A stretch of 64,000 bases of DNA from Eledone cirrhosa. Taxonomy: Eukaryota. Shown here in pieces: positions 27,401 to 40,774 of this stretch. The DNA lies in the NCBI GenBank assembly GCA_964016885.1, contig OZ024742.1, positions 97,464,001-97,528,000 on the forward strand, written 5' to 3'. The notes under the pieces are model-generated. The model worked only from the letters and a program-made list of their open reading frames with translations, was not told the DNA's origin and did no database searches. The first letter of the stretch is position 1, and each line of letters starts with the position of its first letter. The position numbers and the translations under genes were made by a program.

Positions 27401-30400
27401 TTGTGTAATGGTGGCAGAAGTGGTATGTTGGTGCCTGTAGTTGTGTAATGGTGGCATAAATGGTGTGTTGGTGGCTGTAGTTGTGTAATGGCGGCAGAAG
27501 TGGTGTGTTGGTGGCTGTAGTTGTGTAATGGTGGTAGAAGTGGTGTGTTGGTGGCTGTAGTTGTGTAATGGTGGCAGAAATGGTGTGTTGGTGGCAGTAG
27601 TTGTGTAATGGTGGCAGAAGTGGTGTGTTGGTGGCTGTAGTTGTGTAATGGTGGCAGAAGTGGTGTGTTGGTGGTTGTAGTTGTGCAATGGTGGCAGAAA
27701 TGGTGTGTTGGTGGCTGTAATTGTGTAATGGTGGCAGAAGTGGAGTGTTGGTGGCTGTCGTTGTGTAATGGTGGCAGAAGTGGTATGTTGATGGCTGTAG
27801 TTGTGTAATTATGGCAGAAGTGGTGTTTTGGTGGCTGTAGTTGTGTAATGGTGGCAGAAGTGGTATGTTGGTGACTGTAGCTGTGTAATGATGGCACAAG
27901 TTGTGTGTTGGTGGCTGTAGTTGTGTAATGGTGGCAGAAGTGGTTTGGGTGACTGTAGTTGTGTAATGGTGGCAGAAGTGGATGTTGGCGGCTGTAGTTG
28001 TGTAATGGTGGCAGAAGTGGTGTGTTGGTTGCTGTAGTCGTGTAATGGTGGCAGAAGTGGTGTGTTGGTGGCTGTAGTTGTGTAATGGTGGCAGAAGTGG
28101 TTTGGGTGACTGTAGTTGTGTATTGGTGGCTGTAGTTGTGTAATGGTGGCAGAAGTGGTGTGTTGGTGGCTGTAGTTGTGAGAAGGTGACAGAAGTGGTA
28201 TGTTGGTGGCTGTAGTTGTGTAATGGTGGCAGAAGTGGTGTGTTGGTGGTTGTAATTGTGTAATGGTGGCAGAAGTGGTATGTTGGTAGCTGTAGTTGTG
28301 TAATGGTGGCAGAAGTGGTGTATTGGTGGCTGTAGTTGTGTAATGGTGGCAGAAGTGGTGTGTTGGTGGCTGTAGTTGTGAGAAGGTGATAGAAGTGGTA
28401 TGTTGGTGGCTGTAGTTGTGTAATGGTGGCAGAAGTGGTGTGTTGGTGGTTGTAATTGTGTAATGGTGGCAGAAGTGGTGTGTTGGTGGCTGTAGTTGTG
28501 TAATGGTGGCAGAAGTGGTGTGTTGGTGGCTGTAGTTGTGGAATGGTGGCAGTAGTGGTGTGTTGGTGGCTGTAGTTGTGTAATGGTGGCAGAAGTGGTG
28601 TGTTGGTGGCTGTAGTTGTGTAATGGTGGCTGAAGTCGTGTGTTGGAGGTTGTAGTTGTGTAATGATGGCAGAAGTGGTATGTTGGTGGCTGTAGTTGTG
28701 TAATGGTGGCAGAAGTGGTTTGTTGGTGGCTGTAGTTAGGTAATGGTGGCAGAAGTGGTATGTTGGTGGCTGTAGTTGTGTAATGGTGACAGAAGTGATA
28801 TGTTGGTGGCTGTAGTTGTGTAATGGTGGCAGAAGTGGTGTGTTGGTGGCTGTAGTTGTGTAATGGTGGCAGAAGTGGTGTGTTGGTGGCTGTAGTTGTG
28901 TAATGGTGGCAGAAGTGGTGTGTTGGTGGCTGTAGTTGTGTAATGGTGGCAGAAGTGGTGTGTTGGTGGTTGTAGTTGTGTAATGGTGGCAGAAGTGGTG
29001 TGTTGGTGGCTGTAGTTGTGTAATGGTGGCAGAAGTGGTGTGTTGGTGGCTGTAGTTGTGTAATGATGGCAGAAATAGTGTGTTGGTGGCTGTAGTTGTG
29101 TAATTATGGCAGAAGTGGTGTGTTGGTGGCTGTAGTTGTGTAATGGTGGCAGAAGTGGTATGTTGGTGGCTGTAGTTGTGTAATGGTGGCAGAAATGATG
29201 TGTTGGTGTCTGTAGTTGTGTAATGGTGGCAGAAGTGGTGTGTTGGTGGCTGTAGTTGTGTAATGATGGCAGAAATAGTGTATTGGTGGCTGTAGTTGTG
29301 TAATCGTGGCCGAAGTGGTGAGTTGGTGGCTGTAGTTGTGTAATCGTGGCAGAAGTGGTGTGTTGGTGGCTGTAGTTGTGTAATGGTGGCAGAAGTGGTA
29401 TGTTGGTGGCTGTAGTTGTGTATTGATCGCAGAAGTGGTGTATTGGTGGCTGTAGTTGTGTAATGGTGGTAGAAGTGGTGTGTTGGTGGCTGTAGTTGTG
29501 TAATGGTGGCAGAAGTGGTGTGTTGGTGGTTGTAGTTGTGTAATGGTGACAGAAGTGGTGTGTTGGTGGCTGTAGTTGTGTAATGGTGGCAGAAGTGGTA
29601 TGTTGGTGGCTGTAGTTGTGTAATGGTGGCAGAAATGATGTGTTGGTGTCTGTAGTTGTGTAATGGTGGCAGAAGTGGTGTGTTGGTGGCTGTAGTTGTG
29701 TAATGGTGGCAGAAGTGGTGTGTTGGTGGCTGTAGTTGTGTAATGGTGGCAGAAGTGGTATGTTGGTAGCTGTAGTTGTGTAATGGTGGCAGAAGTGGTG
29801 TATTGGTGGCTGTAGTTGTGTAATGGTGGCAGAAGTGGTGTGTTGGTGGCTGTAGTTGTGAGAAGGTGGCAGAAGTGGTATGTTGGTGGCTGTAGTTGTT
29901 TAATGGTGACAGAAGTGGTATGTTGGTGGCTGTAGTTGTGTAATGGTGGCAGAAGTGGTGTGTTGGTGGTTGTAGTTGTGTAATGGTGGCAGAAGTGGTG
30001 TGTTGGTGGCTGTAGTTGTGTAATGGTGGCAGAAGTGGTGTGTTGGTGGCTGTAGTTGTGGAATGGTGGCAGTAGTGGTGTGTTGGTGGCTGTAGTTGTG
30101 TAATGGTGGCAGAAGTGGTGTGTTGGTGGCTGTAGTTGTGTAATGGTGGCTGAAGTCGTGTGTGGGTGGTTGTAGTTGTGTAATGATGGCAGAAGTGGTA
30201 TGTTGGTGGCTGTAGTTGTGTAATGGTGGCAGAAGTGGTGTGTTGGTGGCTGTAGTTAGGTAATGGTGGCAGAAGTGGTATGTTGGTGGCTGTAGTTGTG
30301 TAATGGTGGCAGAAGTGATATGTTGGTGGCTGTCGTTGTGTAATGGTGGCAGAAGTGGTGTGTTGGTGGCTGTAGTTGTGTAATGGTGGCAGAAGTGGTG

Positions 30401-33400
30401 TGTTGGTGGCTGTAGTTGTGTAATGGTGGCAGAAGTGGTATGTTGCTGGCTGTAGTTGTGTAATGGTGGCTGAAGTCGTGTGTTGGTGGTTGTAGTTGTG
30501 TAATGATGGCAGAAGTGGTATGTTGGTGGCTGTAGTTGTGTAATGGTGGCAGAAGTGGTGTGTTGGTGGCTGTAGTTAGGTAATGGTGGCGGAAGTGGTA
30601 TGTTGGTGGCTGTAGTTGTGTAATGGTGGCAGAAGTGATATGTTGGTGGCTGTAGTTGTGTAATGGTGGCAGAAGTGGTGTGTTGGTGGCTGTAGTTGTG
30701 TAATGGTGGCAGAAGTGGTGTGTTGGTGGTTGTAGTTGTGTAATGGTGGCAGAAGTGGTGTGTTGGTGGCTGTAGTTGTGTAATGGTGGCAGAAGTGGTG
30801 TGTTGGTGGCGGTAGTTGTGTAATGGTGGCAGAAGTAGTATGTTGGTGGCTGTAGTCGTGTAATGGTGGCAGAAGTGGTGTGTTGGTGGCTGTAGTTGTG
30901 TAATGGTGGCAGAAAAAGTGTGTTGGTGGCTGTAGTTAGGTAATGCTGGCAGAAGTGGTATGTTGGTGGCTGTAGTTGTGTAATGGTGGCAGAAGTGGTG
31001 TGTTGGTGGTTGTAGTTGTGTAATGGTGACAGAAGTGGTGTGTTTGTGGCTGTAGTTGTGTAATGGTGGCAGAAGTGGTATGTTGGTGGCTGTAGTTGTG
31101 TAATCGTGGCAGAAGTGGTGAGTTGGTGGCTGTAGTTGTGTAATGGTGTCAGAAGTAGTGTGTTGGTGGCTGTAGTTGTGTAATGGTGGCAGAAGTGGTG
31201 TGTTGGTGGCTGTAGTTGTGTAATGGTGGTAGAAGTGGTGTGTTGGTGGCTGTAGTTGTGTAATGGTGGCAGAAGTGGTGTGTTGGTGGCTGTAGTTGTG
31301 TAATGGTGGCAGAAGAGGTGTGTTGGTGGTTGTAGTTGTGTAATGGTGGCAGAAGTGGTGTGTTGGTGGCTGTAGTTGTGTAATGGTGGCAGAAGTGGTG
31401 TGTTGGTGGCTGTAGTTGTGTAATGGTGGCAGAAGTGGTGTGTTAGTGGCTGTAGTTGTGTAATGGTGGCAGAAGTGTTGTGTTGGTGGCTGTAGTTGTG
31501 TAATGGTGGCAGAAGTGGTGTGTTGGTAGCTGTAGTTGTGTAATGGTGGCAGAAGTGGTGTGTTGGTGGTTGTAGTTGTGTAATGGTGGCAGAAGTGGTG
31601 TGTTGATGGCTGTAGTTGTGTAATGGTGGCAGAAGTGGTATGTTGGTCGCTGTAGTTGTGTAATGGTGGCAGAAGTGGTGTGTTGGTGGCTGTAGTTGTG
31701 TAATGATGGCAGAAGTGGTGTATTGGTGGCTGTAGTTGTGTAATGGTGGCAGAAAAAGTGTGTTGGTGGCTGTAGTTAGGTAATGGTGGCAGAAGTAGTA
31801 TGTTGGTGGCTGTAGTTGTGTAATGGTGACAGAAGTGGTGTGTTGGTGGCTGTAGTTGTGTAATGATGGCAGAAGTGGTATGTTGGTGGCTATAGTTGTG
31901 TAATGGTGGCAGAAGTGGTGTGTTGGTGGCTGTAGTTGTGTAATGGTGGCAGAAAGAGTGTGTTGCTGGCTGTAGTTGTGTAATGGTGGCAGAAGTGGTG
32001 TGTTGGTGGCTGTAGTTGTGTAATGGTGGCAGAAATAATACGTCGGTGGCTGTAGTTGTCTAATGGAGGCAGAAGTGGTGTGTTGGTGGCTGTAGTTGTG
32101 TAATGATTGCAGAAGTGGTGTGTTGGTGGCTGTAGTTGTGTAATGGTGGCAGAAGTGATGTGTTGGTGGCTGTAGTTGTGTAATAGTGGCAGAAGTGGTG
32201 TGTTGCTGGCTGTAGTTGTGTAATGGTGGCAGAAGTGGTATGTTGGTGGCTGTAGTTGTGTAATGGTGGCAGAAGTGGTGTGTTGGTGGCTGTAGTTGTG
32301 TAATGATGGCAGAAGTGGTATGTTGGTGGCTGTAGTTGTGTAATGGTGGCAGAAGTGATGTGTTGGTGGCTGTAGTTGTGTAATGGTGGCAGAAATAGTG
32401 TGTTGGTGGCTGTAGTTGTGTAATGGTGGCAGAGTGGTTTGTTGGTGTCTGTAGTTGTGTATTGATGGGAGAAGTGGTGTGATGGTGGCTGTAGTTGTGT
32501 AATGGTGGTAGAAGTGGTGTGTTGGTGGCTGTAGTTGTGTAATTATGGGAGAAGTGGTGTGTTGGTGGCTGCAGTTGTGTAATGGTGGCAGAAGTGGTAT
32601 GTTGGTGCCTGTAGTTGTGTAATGGTGGCATAAATGGTGTGTTGGTGGCTGTAGTTGTGTAATGGCGGCAGAAGTGGTGTGTTGGTGGCTGTAGTTGTGT
32701 AATGGTGGTAGAAGTGGTGTGTTGGTGGCTGTAGTTGTGTAATGGTGGCAGAAATGGTGTGTTGGTGGCAGTAGTTGTGTAATGGTGGCAGAAGTGGTGT
32801 GTTGGTGGCTGTAGTTGTGTAATGGTGGCAGAAGTGGTGTGTTGGTGGTTGTAGTTGTGCAATGGTGGCAGAAATGGTGTGTTGGTGGCTGTAATTGTGT
32901 AATGGTGGCAGAAGTGGTGTGTTGGTGGCTGTCGTTGTGTAATGGTGGCAGAAGTGGTATGTTAATGGCTGTAGTTGTGTAATTATGGCAGAAGTGGTGT
33001 TTTGGTGGCTGTAGTTGTGTAATGGTGGCAGAAGTGGTATGTTGGTGACTGTAGCTGTGTAATGATGGCACAAGTTGTGTGTTGGTGGCTGTAGTTGTGT
33101 AATGGTGGCAGAAGTGGTTTGGGTGACTGTAGTTGTGTAATGGTGGCAGAAGTGGATGTTGGCGGCTGTAGTTGTGTAATGGTGGCAGAAGTGGTGTGTT
33201 GGTTGCTGTAGTCGTGTAATGGTGGCAGAAGTGGTGTGTTGGTGGCTGTAGTTGTGTAATGGTGGCAGAAGTGGTTTGGGTGACTGTAGTTGTGTAATGG
33301 TGGCAGAAGTGGATGTTGGCGGCTGTAGTTGTGTAATGGTGGCAGAAGTGGTGTGTTGGTTGCTGTAGTTGTGTAATGGTGGCAGAAATGATGTGTTGGT

Positions 33401-35525
33401 GTCTGTAGTTGTGTAATGGTGGCAGAAGTGGTGTGTTGGTGGCTGTAGTTGTGTAATGGTGGCAGAAGTGGTATGTTGGTAGCTGTAGTTGTGTAATGGT
33501 GGCAGAAGTGGTGTGTTGGTGGCTGTAGTTGTGAGAAGGTGACAGAAGTGGTATGTTGGTGGCTGTAGTTGTGTAATGGTGGCAGAAGTGGTGTGTTGGT
33601 GGTTGTAATTGTGTAATGGTGGCAGAAGTGGTATGTTGGTAGCTGTAGTTGTGTAATGGTGGCAGAAGTGGTGTATTGGTGGCTGTAGTTGTGTAATGGT
33701 GGCAGAAGTGGTGTGTTGGTGGCTGTAGTTGTGAGAAGGTGACAGAAGTGGTATGTTGGTGGCTGTAGTTGTGTAATGGTGGCAGAAGTGGTGTGTTGGT
33801 GGTTGTAATTGTGTAATGGTGGCAGAAGTGGTGTGTTGGTGGCTGTAGTTGTGTAATGGTGGCAGAAGTGGTGTGTTGGTGGCTGTAGTTGTGGAATGGT
33901 GGCAGTAGTGGTGTGTTGGTGGCTGTAGTTGTGTAATGGTGGCAGAAGTGGTGTGTTGGTGGCTGTAGTTGTGTAATGGTCGCTGAAGTCGTGTGTTGGA
34001 GGTTGTAGTTGTGTAATGATGGCAGAAGTGGTATGTTGGTGGCTGTAGTTGTGTAATGGTGGCAGAAGTGGTTTGTTGGTGGCTGTAGTTAGGTAATGGT
34101 GGCAGAAGTGGTATGTTGGTGGCTGTAGTTGTGTAATGGTGACAGAAGTGATATGTTGGTGGCTGTAGTTGTGTAATGGTGGCAGAAGTGGTGTGTTGGT
34201 GGCTGTAGTTGTGTAATGGTGGCAGAAGTGGTGTGTTGGTGGCTGTAGTTGTGTAATGGTGGCAGAAGTGGTGTGTTGGTGGCTGTAGTTGTGTAATGGT
34301 GGCAGAAGTGGTGTGTTGGTGGTTGTAGTTGTGTAATGGTGGCAGAAGTGGTGTGTTGGTGGCTGTAGTTGTGTAATGGTGGCAGAAGTGGTGTGTTGGT
34401 GGCTGTAGTTGTGTAATTATGGCAGAAATAGTGTGTTGGTGGCTGTAGTTGTGTAATTATGGCAGAAATAGTGTGTTGGTGGCTGTAGTTGTGTAATCGT
34501 GGCAGAAGTGGTGTGTTGGTGGCTGTAGTTGTGTAATCGTGGCAGAAGTGGTCTGTTGGTGGCTGTAGTTGTGTAATGATGGCAGAAGTGGTGTATTGGT
34601 GGCTGTAGTTGTGTAATGGGGGCAGAAGTAGTGTATTGGTGGCTGTAGTTGTGTAATGATGGCAGAAGAGGTGTGTCGGTGGCTGTAGTTGTGTAATGGT
34701 GGCAGAAGTGGTGTGTCGGTGGCTGTAGTTGTTTAATGATGGCAGAAGTGTTATGTTGGTGGCTGTAGTTGTGTAATGATGGCAGAAGTGGTGTGTTGGT
34801 TGTTGTAGTTGTGTAATGATGGCAGAAGTGGTGTGTTGGTGGCTGTAGTTGTGTAATGGTGGAAGAAGTGGTATGTTGGTGGCTGTAGTTGTGTAATGGT
34901 GGCAGAAGTGGTATGTTGCTGGCTGTAGTTGTGTAATGTTGGCAGAAGTGGTGTGTTGGTGGCAGTAGTTGTATAATGATGGCAGAAATAGTGTGTTGGT
35001 GGCTGTAGTTGTGTAATGGTGGCAGAAGTAGTATGTTGGTGGCTGTAGTTGTGTAATGGTGGCAGAAGTGGTGTGTTTGTGGCTGTAGTTGTGTAATGAT
35101 GGCAGAAGTGGTATGTTGGTGGCTGTAGTTGTGTAATGGTGGCAGAAGTGGTGTGTTGGTGGCTGTAGTTGTTTAATGATGGCAGAAGTGGTGTGTTGGT
35201 GGCTGTAGTTGTGTAATGGTGGCAGAAGTGGTAAGTTGGTGGCTGTAGTTGTGTAAAGGTGGCAGAAGTGGTATGTTGTTGGCTGTAGTTGTGTAATGGT
35301 GGCAGAAGTGGTTTGGGTGACTGTAGTTGTGTAATGCTGGCTGTTGTTGTGTGATGGTGGCTGTTGTTGCGTAATGGTGGCTGTTGTTGTGTGATGGTGG
35401 CTGTAGTTGTGTGATGGTGGCAGAAGTGGTATGTTTGTGGCTGTAGTTGTGTAATGGTGGCAGAAGTGTTATGTTGGTGACTGTAGTTGTGTAATGGTGG
35501 CTGTTGCTGTGTAATGGTTGCAGAA
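12441..35525. repeat. 23-kb tandem satellite, 40-bp unit GTGTGTTGGTGGCTGTAGTTGTGTAATGGTGGCAGAAGTG, roughly 575 units, with higher-order blocks
   Basis: Seen directly. Variant markers recur at offsets of 2437 (16321/18758), 3033 (18758/21791) and 5174 (27688/32862). Confidence 0.97.
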
Positions 35526-35964
35526 GTGATGTCATGTTGGTTGCAGTGGCATATTGTTGGTTAGAATGATATTTGATTATGGCTATAAACTGTGATGGTG
35601 GCAGTAGTGGTGTGATTTTAACTGTAGTGGTGGCTGTTGTAGTGTCATGCTGCTTGTATTGGTTTGATGGTGGGTGTAGTGGTGTGATTGTGATATAATA
35701 TTGGTTATAGTGGAATGTGGTAATGGTTCTAGAGTTGTGATATTAAGTAAAGTGATGTCATTGTCAAATAGACCTTTGTCATACGTCTTAAAATGTACTT
35801 GAAGGTGAATTAATATACAATAAACACATAATCTCGATAAATACAGTAATGGATTAACCAAGACTGCATGAATGTGTATATAAAATATACACATTGAGTA
35901 TATAGAAATGTAAGCATTACATACTTATGGAATTCTCAGTAGCGTGGAAAGTGGACGTTAAACG

Positions 35965-35997
<33 letters not shown>

Positions 35998-37396
35998 GAA
36001 AATAATACTGAACTTGCTTGATTTTCAAGTCTATAAACAGTATCATTTTGTATAGTATCAGTGCTTATATGCTAGAAGCTAATTGTGCACTATCAAGCTG
36101 TAATATATGATAACTGCATATCTGTACAGTCATTTGATAAAAATTCATTTTTATAAAATCTTGTTTTATTGAAAAGTTATTAAATGAAAGGTTGTGGTAC
36201 CAAGAAGATAATTTGCTTCTTCCTACAAAAATATACTACAGAAATCTGAACAAAAGAATTGAAGTCTATCCACTAGGAGGATCTAGTGTTACGACATATT
36301 GTTGTGGAAGGTATGTTGTATGGCATTTTATGTTATGTATGGCATTTATTGTTATGAAAACCATAATTTAACAAAAGTAATTTTATAGAAATTATAGTTG
36401 CCATGAAAATAACTGGTGCAGTAGAATTTGAAAGGCTGTTATGGTGACTGGTGACGAATTGTTGATTTTTTAGTTACATAAAAATGTCTTGAGTTGACTT
36501 TTAGTGTTACTTGGTAAGTCTGCAAAAGGAGACAATGCTCATGGCCTTCACAGGCTCCCAAATACCAGAGAGATTTATTTATTTAAATCATTGCAGGTCC
36601 ACTCTTTTGGGAAAGATATGAACAGAGAGAAATTTCCAAAAGGCCAATTTTCTGAGTAGAAGCAATTGGTTAGTGTGGGGCCTGGTAGATTGGACATACC
36701 ATGGGTGGTGAAAAGAGAGGAGTAGGTTGCATAAAAGAAATCCAGCAAGCTCCAAAAGCTAAGACCATTGTACTAAATGTAGAAAATTCAGAGAAAGAAT
36801 GGAGAATTTATTTTGGAATACATTGTTTTATCATATAAGAGAAAATACCATCACTTTCTGTAGTTAAGCCATTCATTAGTATATTTCAAATGAAAGACAT
36901 TGCCAAATATTTGTTTAACTAATCAAGAAGGTAGAGAGATTTAGTTGTATAACAAACTTCTGCATTATTAAGCTGGTGTTTAGTGCATACCAAATGAATT
37001 TTACAAAGAATTATGAAGGAAGGCTTTTAGACAAATATATGAATTTTAAAATGAACTGTTTTATATCGTAGAATTAGGGGTGATTTCAGATGGTTTGGTA
37101 GCAAAATGGTTGATGAAACTATGTTGACTAGAGCCTTGATTAATTGTGTATGTACACGCGTATATATATGTTGCTATTTTTATAAATTTCCAGTCACTGC
37201 CCTCACAGCCATGCTTGCGATATATGATAAACTAACTCACATGATTCTAGGAATTATCTTTTTTACAGTTGTATAAAAGATAAAATGAAATCCAAGTCTG
37301 AATGTAAGGTTGAATCGATCTAAAGAAAAGCATCAGAGCAGAGAAATGGAAATGTTATATATAAATACATACAAAATTTACATCTATACAAAATAC

Positions 37397-37439
<43 letters not shown>

Positions 37440-38382
37440 ATAGATATATAGGAATTACTAAGAACAGGTGATTTTTATTAATTGCAAAATATAAAACAAA
37501 AAATAAAAAAATGTTCGGATTGGGAATAAATAGTGAAATGTGAGAAACAAAACATACAAATTTTAAAATAAATAAAAAATAGCATAGAAAAACTTATCAA
37601 AATTGGAGAGAGAGAGGGAAGAAGAGTGAGATAGAGTTTTCTGTGAGGTTGTGATAATGTGTGAAATTATTGTACACATTGAGATGATTGCTAACTAGAT
37701 AAAGTCAATCTCAAATGCTCAACAATGCATGGTAACAAGAAGGGAGAGGAAAAAGAAAAGCAAAATAAAAAAAAAACACCCCCCTCCTGGTGATTATATT
37801 AAATGCCCGTTGATATCCCCACATCCATAAAATGTGACATGTGTTCAATTTAGCCGGACAAGTTTACGGATATTGCAAATTGTGTTCAGTTAATAGTTTT
37901 TGTTCATGAAGACATTTCTGGTTTCAGTAAAGCCTTTCTCACTCTGTATTGAGGACAACATGGAAGCATTGGTATATTAAAGAAGAAAAGAAAAGAAGTG
38001 GTGAAAGTGTTTTTTTTCCCTTGTTTTGTTTGATTTTATGCTATTTTATTTCTATATTTTTTTAATGTCAATTTTACAATCTTATCTTAAAGAAATAGGA
38101 ATAATGGAAATGTATTGCTTATATGTACAGATGCCATTGCAATAATCATGTCAGGACAGAATATTGGCTACAAACGTGGAATTCTGCAAAATATTGAGGG
38201 AAAAAAATGAAGAAGAAATATATAAATAAGTAGAAGTAACAAAGGAAGAATATAAAGCAACAACAAAAGAGAAAAACTTCACAGGTTGTAGAGTCAGGTT
38301 TATATTGACCTAGCTACTGAAGAGTTACCAGTTCAAATACTTTTAGGGCTGTTGAGAAACCTTGATTCTCAACAAAACTGTT

Positions 38383-38438
<56 letters not shown>

Positions 38439-38641
38439 ATTTGAATCTAGCTTCAGGCATAGCTATATACAGATCTGTATAGAAATTTTGTATTTCTAAA
38501 GAAACACAGTATGTTTACAGGTTAACATTTAGAAAGCTGTAGCTATGCAATAGACACTGGGACTAAAGCCCTCTGGTGGTGTCCAGGAGAAACAAAGGGG
38601 ACAATCGTCGATGCATTTTGAACTGAACTGGTCCTCATCAT
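38439..38641 (-). mobile_element. Truncated, older copy of the 8069-8668 hammerhead element
   Basis: Minus strand reads TGATGAGGACCAGTTCAGTTC-AAAA-TGCA-TC-GACGATTGTCCCC..CTGGACACCACCAGAGGGC..GCATAGCTACAGC, homologous to 8483-8664; flanked by (TA)n/(GA)n. Confidence 0.7.
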
Positions 38642-38914
38642 ATATATATTCCTGAGTTGTATCAGTGGGTAACCGCAGTTAAAACACGTTACTGAATACA
38701 GGCATTGAGTTAGGCATTTTATATTTTATATAGAAATGAGTTCTACAGATCTAGAACTGTTTCCTTTGTATGAATGAAACAGTTACATATATATATATGG
38801 ATACTATTCTCATAACAACAACAAATTCATGAAGGGCATCTCGATTGCATATAGAACCGTGGAAATGATTATAATGATTAAACGATTTATGTAACAGCTG
38901 CATTATTTTTGTTA

Positions 38915-39088
38915 ATCGGTAGAAGGTCGGACGCCATGCTTTGCAGCATAGAGTTACGCCCCTTTACGGTCTGAGTTCAAATCCCGCCAAGGTTAACTTT
39001 GCCTTTTATCCATAAGGGGTCAATAAAATAAAGTACCAGTAATGTACTGGGATAATCACTGGCCTTGTGCCAAAAATAGAAACAATTA
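38915..39088 (+). mobile_element. Family-A SINE (plus a 3' fragment at ~39220-39295)
   Basis: B-box GAGTTCAAATCC and conserved body and tail. Confidence 0.8.
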
Positions 39089-39369
39089 GGTCATAACTGT
39101 TGCATAACAGTTATGATCAAAATATATATAACAGTGGTTATATAATGAATAAATGAAGTAAATAGTATCCTGTTGACTTGTACTTCATTATATATATATA
39201 TAATGAAGTACAAGTCAATATGGGGTCGATAAAATAAAGCACCAGTAATACACAGGGATAACTGCTGGCCTTGTGCCACACGTAGAAAATCAATCATTTC
39301 CATGTCAGGCGGTCAGTGCCAATATGTGCATTGAAGTCTACCATTAAAATATATAAATCAATTTTAATT

Positions 39370-39900
39370 GCATCTACCACTGCAATGACTTCATCAAAAA
39401 AGGATCTGTATTCAGACTCTTTATTTGGTGCATGAATTTGCACCAACTACAGTGACCTATCTTTCAGCCTAAGCTTCAATGGGATTCAGTCCATAACACT
39501 TTCTGACAGCATGTTGCTTGTGAGTATCCCTACTCCCACCTATGCAGTAATTTGTGGTGCCATACTTGAACAGTGGAGTTTCCATCCCCCATCTAAATCT
39601 ACAACTGTTGAGGACCCCCCCCCCCCCCCCCACACTATATCTAGCCAGTATCACTTAGCCTCCTCCACTAGTTCTTGCTCCTTACCAGTAAGACTTTTAA
39701 TAATCCAGATTCTAATTTTTATGGTTTGTTCCCTTTCAAACTCTCTTTGGAGTCTTGAGAACCTCAATCTTTGTGTGTCCATCCCATGGCTCAGACAACA
39801 GGTTTCAGACATGTCGACAGTTTCTGCAGCATAAGATGGAGACTGCAGACGACAGGGCAGAATGAAGAAGCTTGTAATTGGGAGTCCTGCAAAGCCAGCC
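39370..39900 (-). mobile_element. RTE/Rex3-like LINE 5' fragment encoding a decayed AP-endonuclease
   Basis: Minus strand W..KSLTGKEQELVEEAK*YWLDIV..VDLDGGWKL....VGVGILTS..L.QIHAP matches the N-terminal APE motifs of RTE-clade elements. Confidence 0.7.
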
Positions 39901-40774
39901 TCAGCTTTATTAAGCAAAAAGTTTTATTGTCTGTTGCTTTATTATTATTTTTTTTTTTTTTAAACTATCAATCAAAAAATAGCAACCCCAGGCCAACTCT
40001 GTTCCATCAGATTTATGATCGAATGAACTGCAGATGTAACAGCCCTGATTTTATTTTTTTGTTTAGATATACTTTACTTAGAACATAATTTTGCAATGGC
40101 ACCTTCATATTTTAAAGTTAATAGAGTGTGATTTCAGGAATATTTGATTGTTACATCTAGCAATTTGAGTGACTGCATAGAAGCTCTTTCCAAAACAACC
40201 ACCACCATCATCATCATGCCAGCAATAATATAAGTGATAACAAAAATAGTGGTACAATAGAAAATACATTAAAAAAATGATAAAAAGTGAAAGAACATAT
40301 GGTACATTTAAAGAAAAAACAAAAATAGATTCTGGTAATAGTTATGACAATTCTGTTCCACACTTTGGGGCTTCATTACCAAATTCTATTGGGTGTTTAA
40401 GGCAATGTGTTTCTTTAATTTCTATTTACCTTCTTAACAATCACTATATTGTTATGTTTTTAGCTTGCTTTTCATGAATATAATTTCAAATTTTATTTAT
40501 GTTTAAGTCTGTGATTTTGTTGTGAAAATCTATTTAAAGAATGATACAAAAATCACAATACTATCATAAGAAAGGAAGAACATATTGGATAATATAGTCC
40601 CACAAGCATTATGTGTTAACCCTTTTCATATCATCCTTCATCTGGTTCTATGAAACAGAACCATTCATTTTAAAGAGTTTCTATTTACATTGAAATCGTC
40701 CAACATAATTTCATATAAGAACCATTTGTTACAAATACAATCTTAATTAAATGAAAAGCATTGTCGTCTCTGAT

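Noticed and set aside
12441-35525. CRISPR-like or telomeric array
   Set aside because: Contiguous repeats with no unique spacers, eukaryotic context, and no TTAGGG-type unit
12693-35535. Long His/Thr/Pro-rich minus-strand ORFs (up to 868 aa) resembling a mucin
   Set aside because: The C/A-rich strand of the 40-bp unit has no stop in any frame by composition. The unit is not a multiple of 3, all frames give the same peptide, and stop and indel variants are freely propagated.
36190-36310. Possible exon ending in AAG|GTATGT (LWYQEDNLLLPTKIYY..)
   Set aside because: Resembles the RTE 'M.D.RLPK.I.Y..L....R..GRP' segment in decayed form; no supporting neighbouring exons
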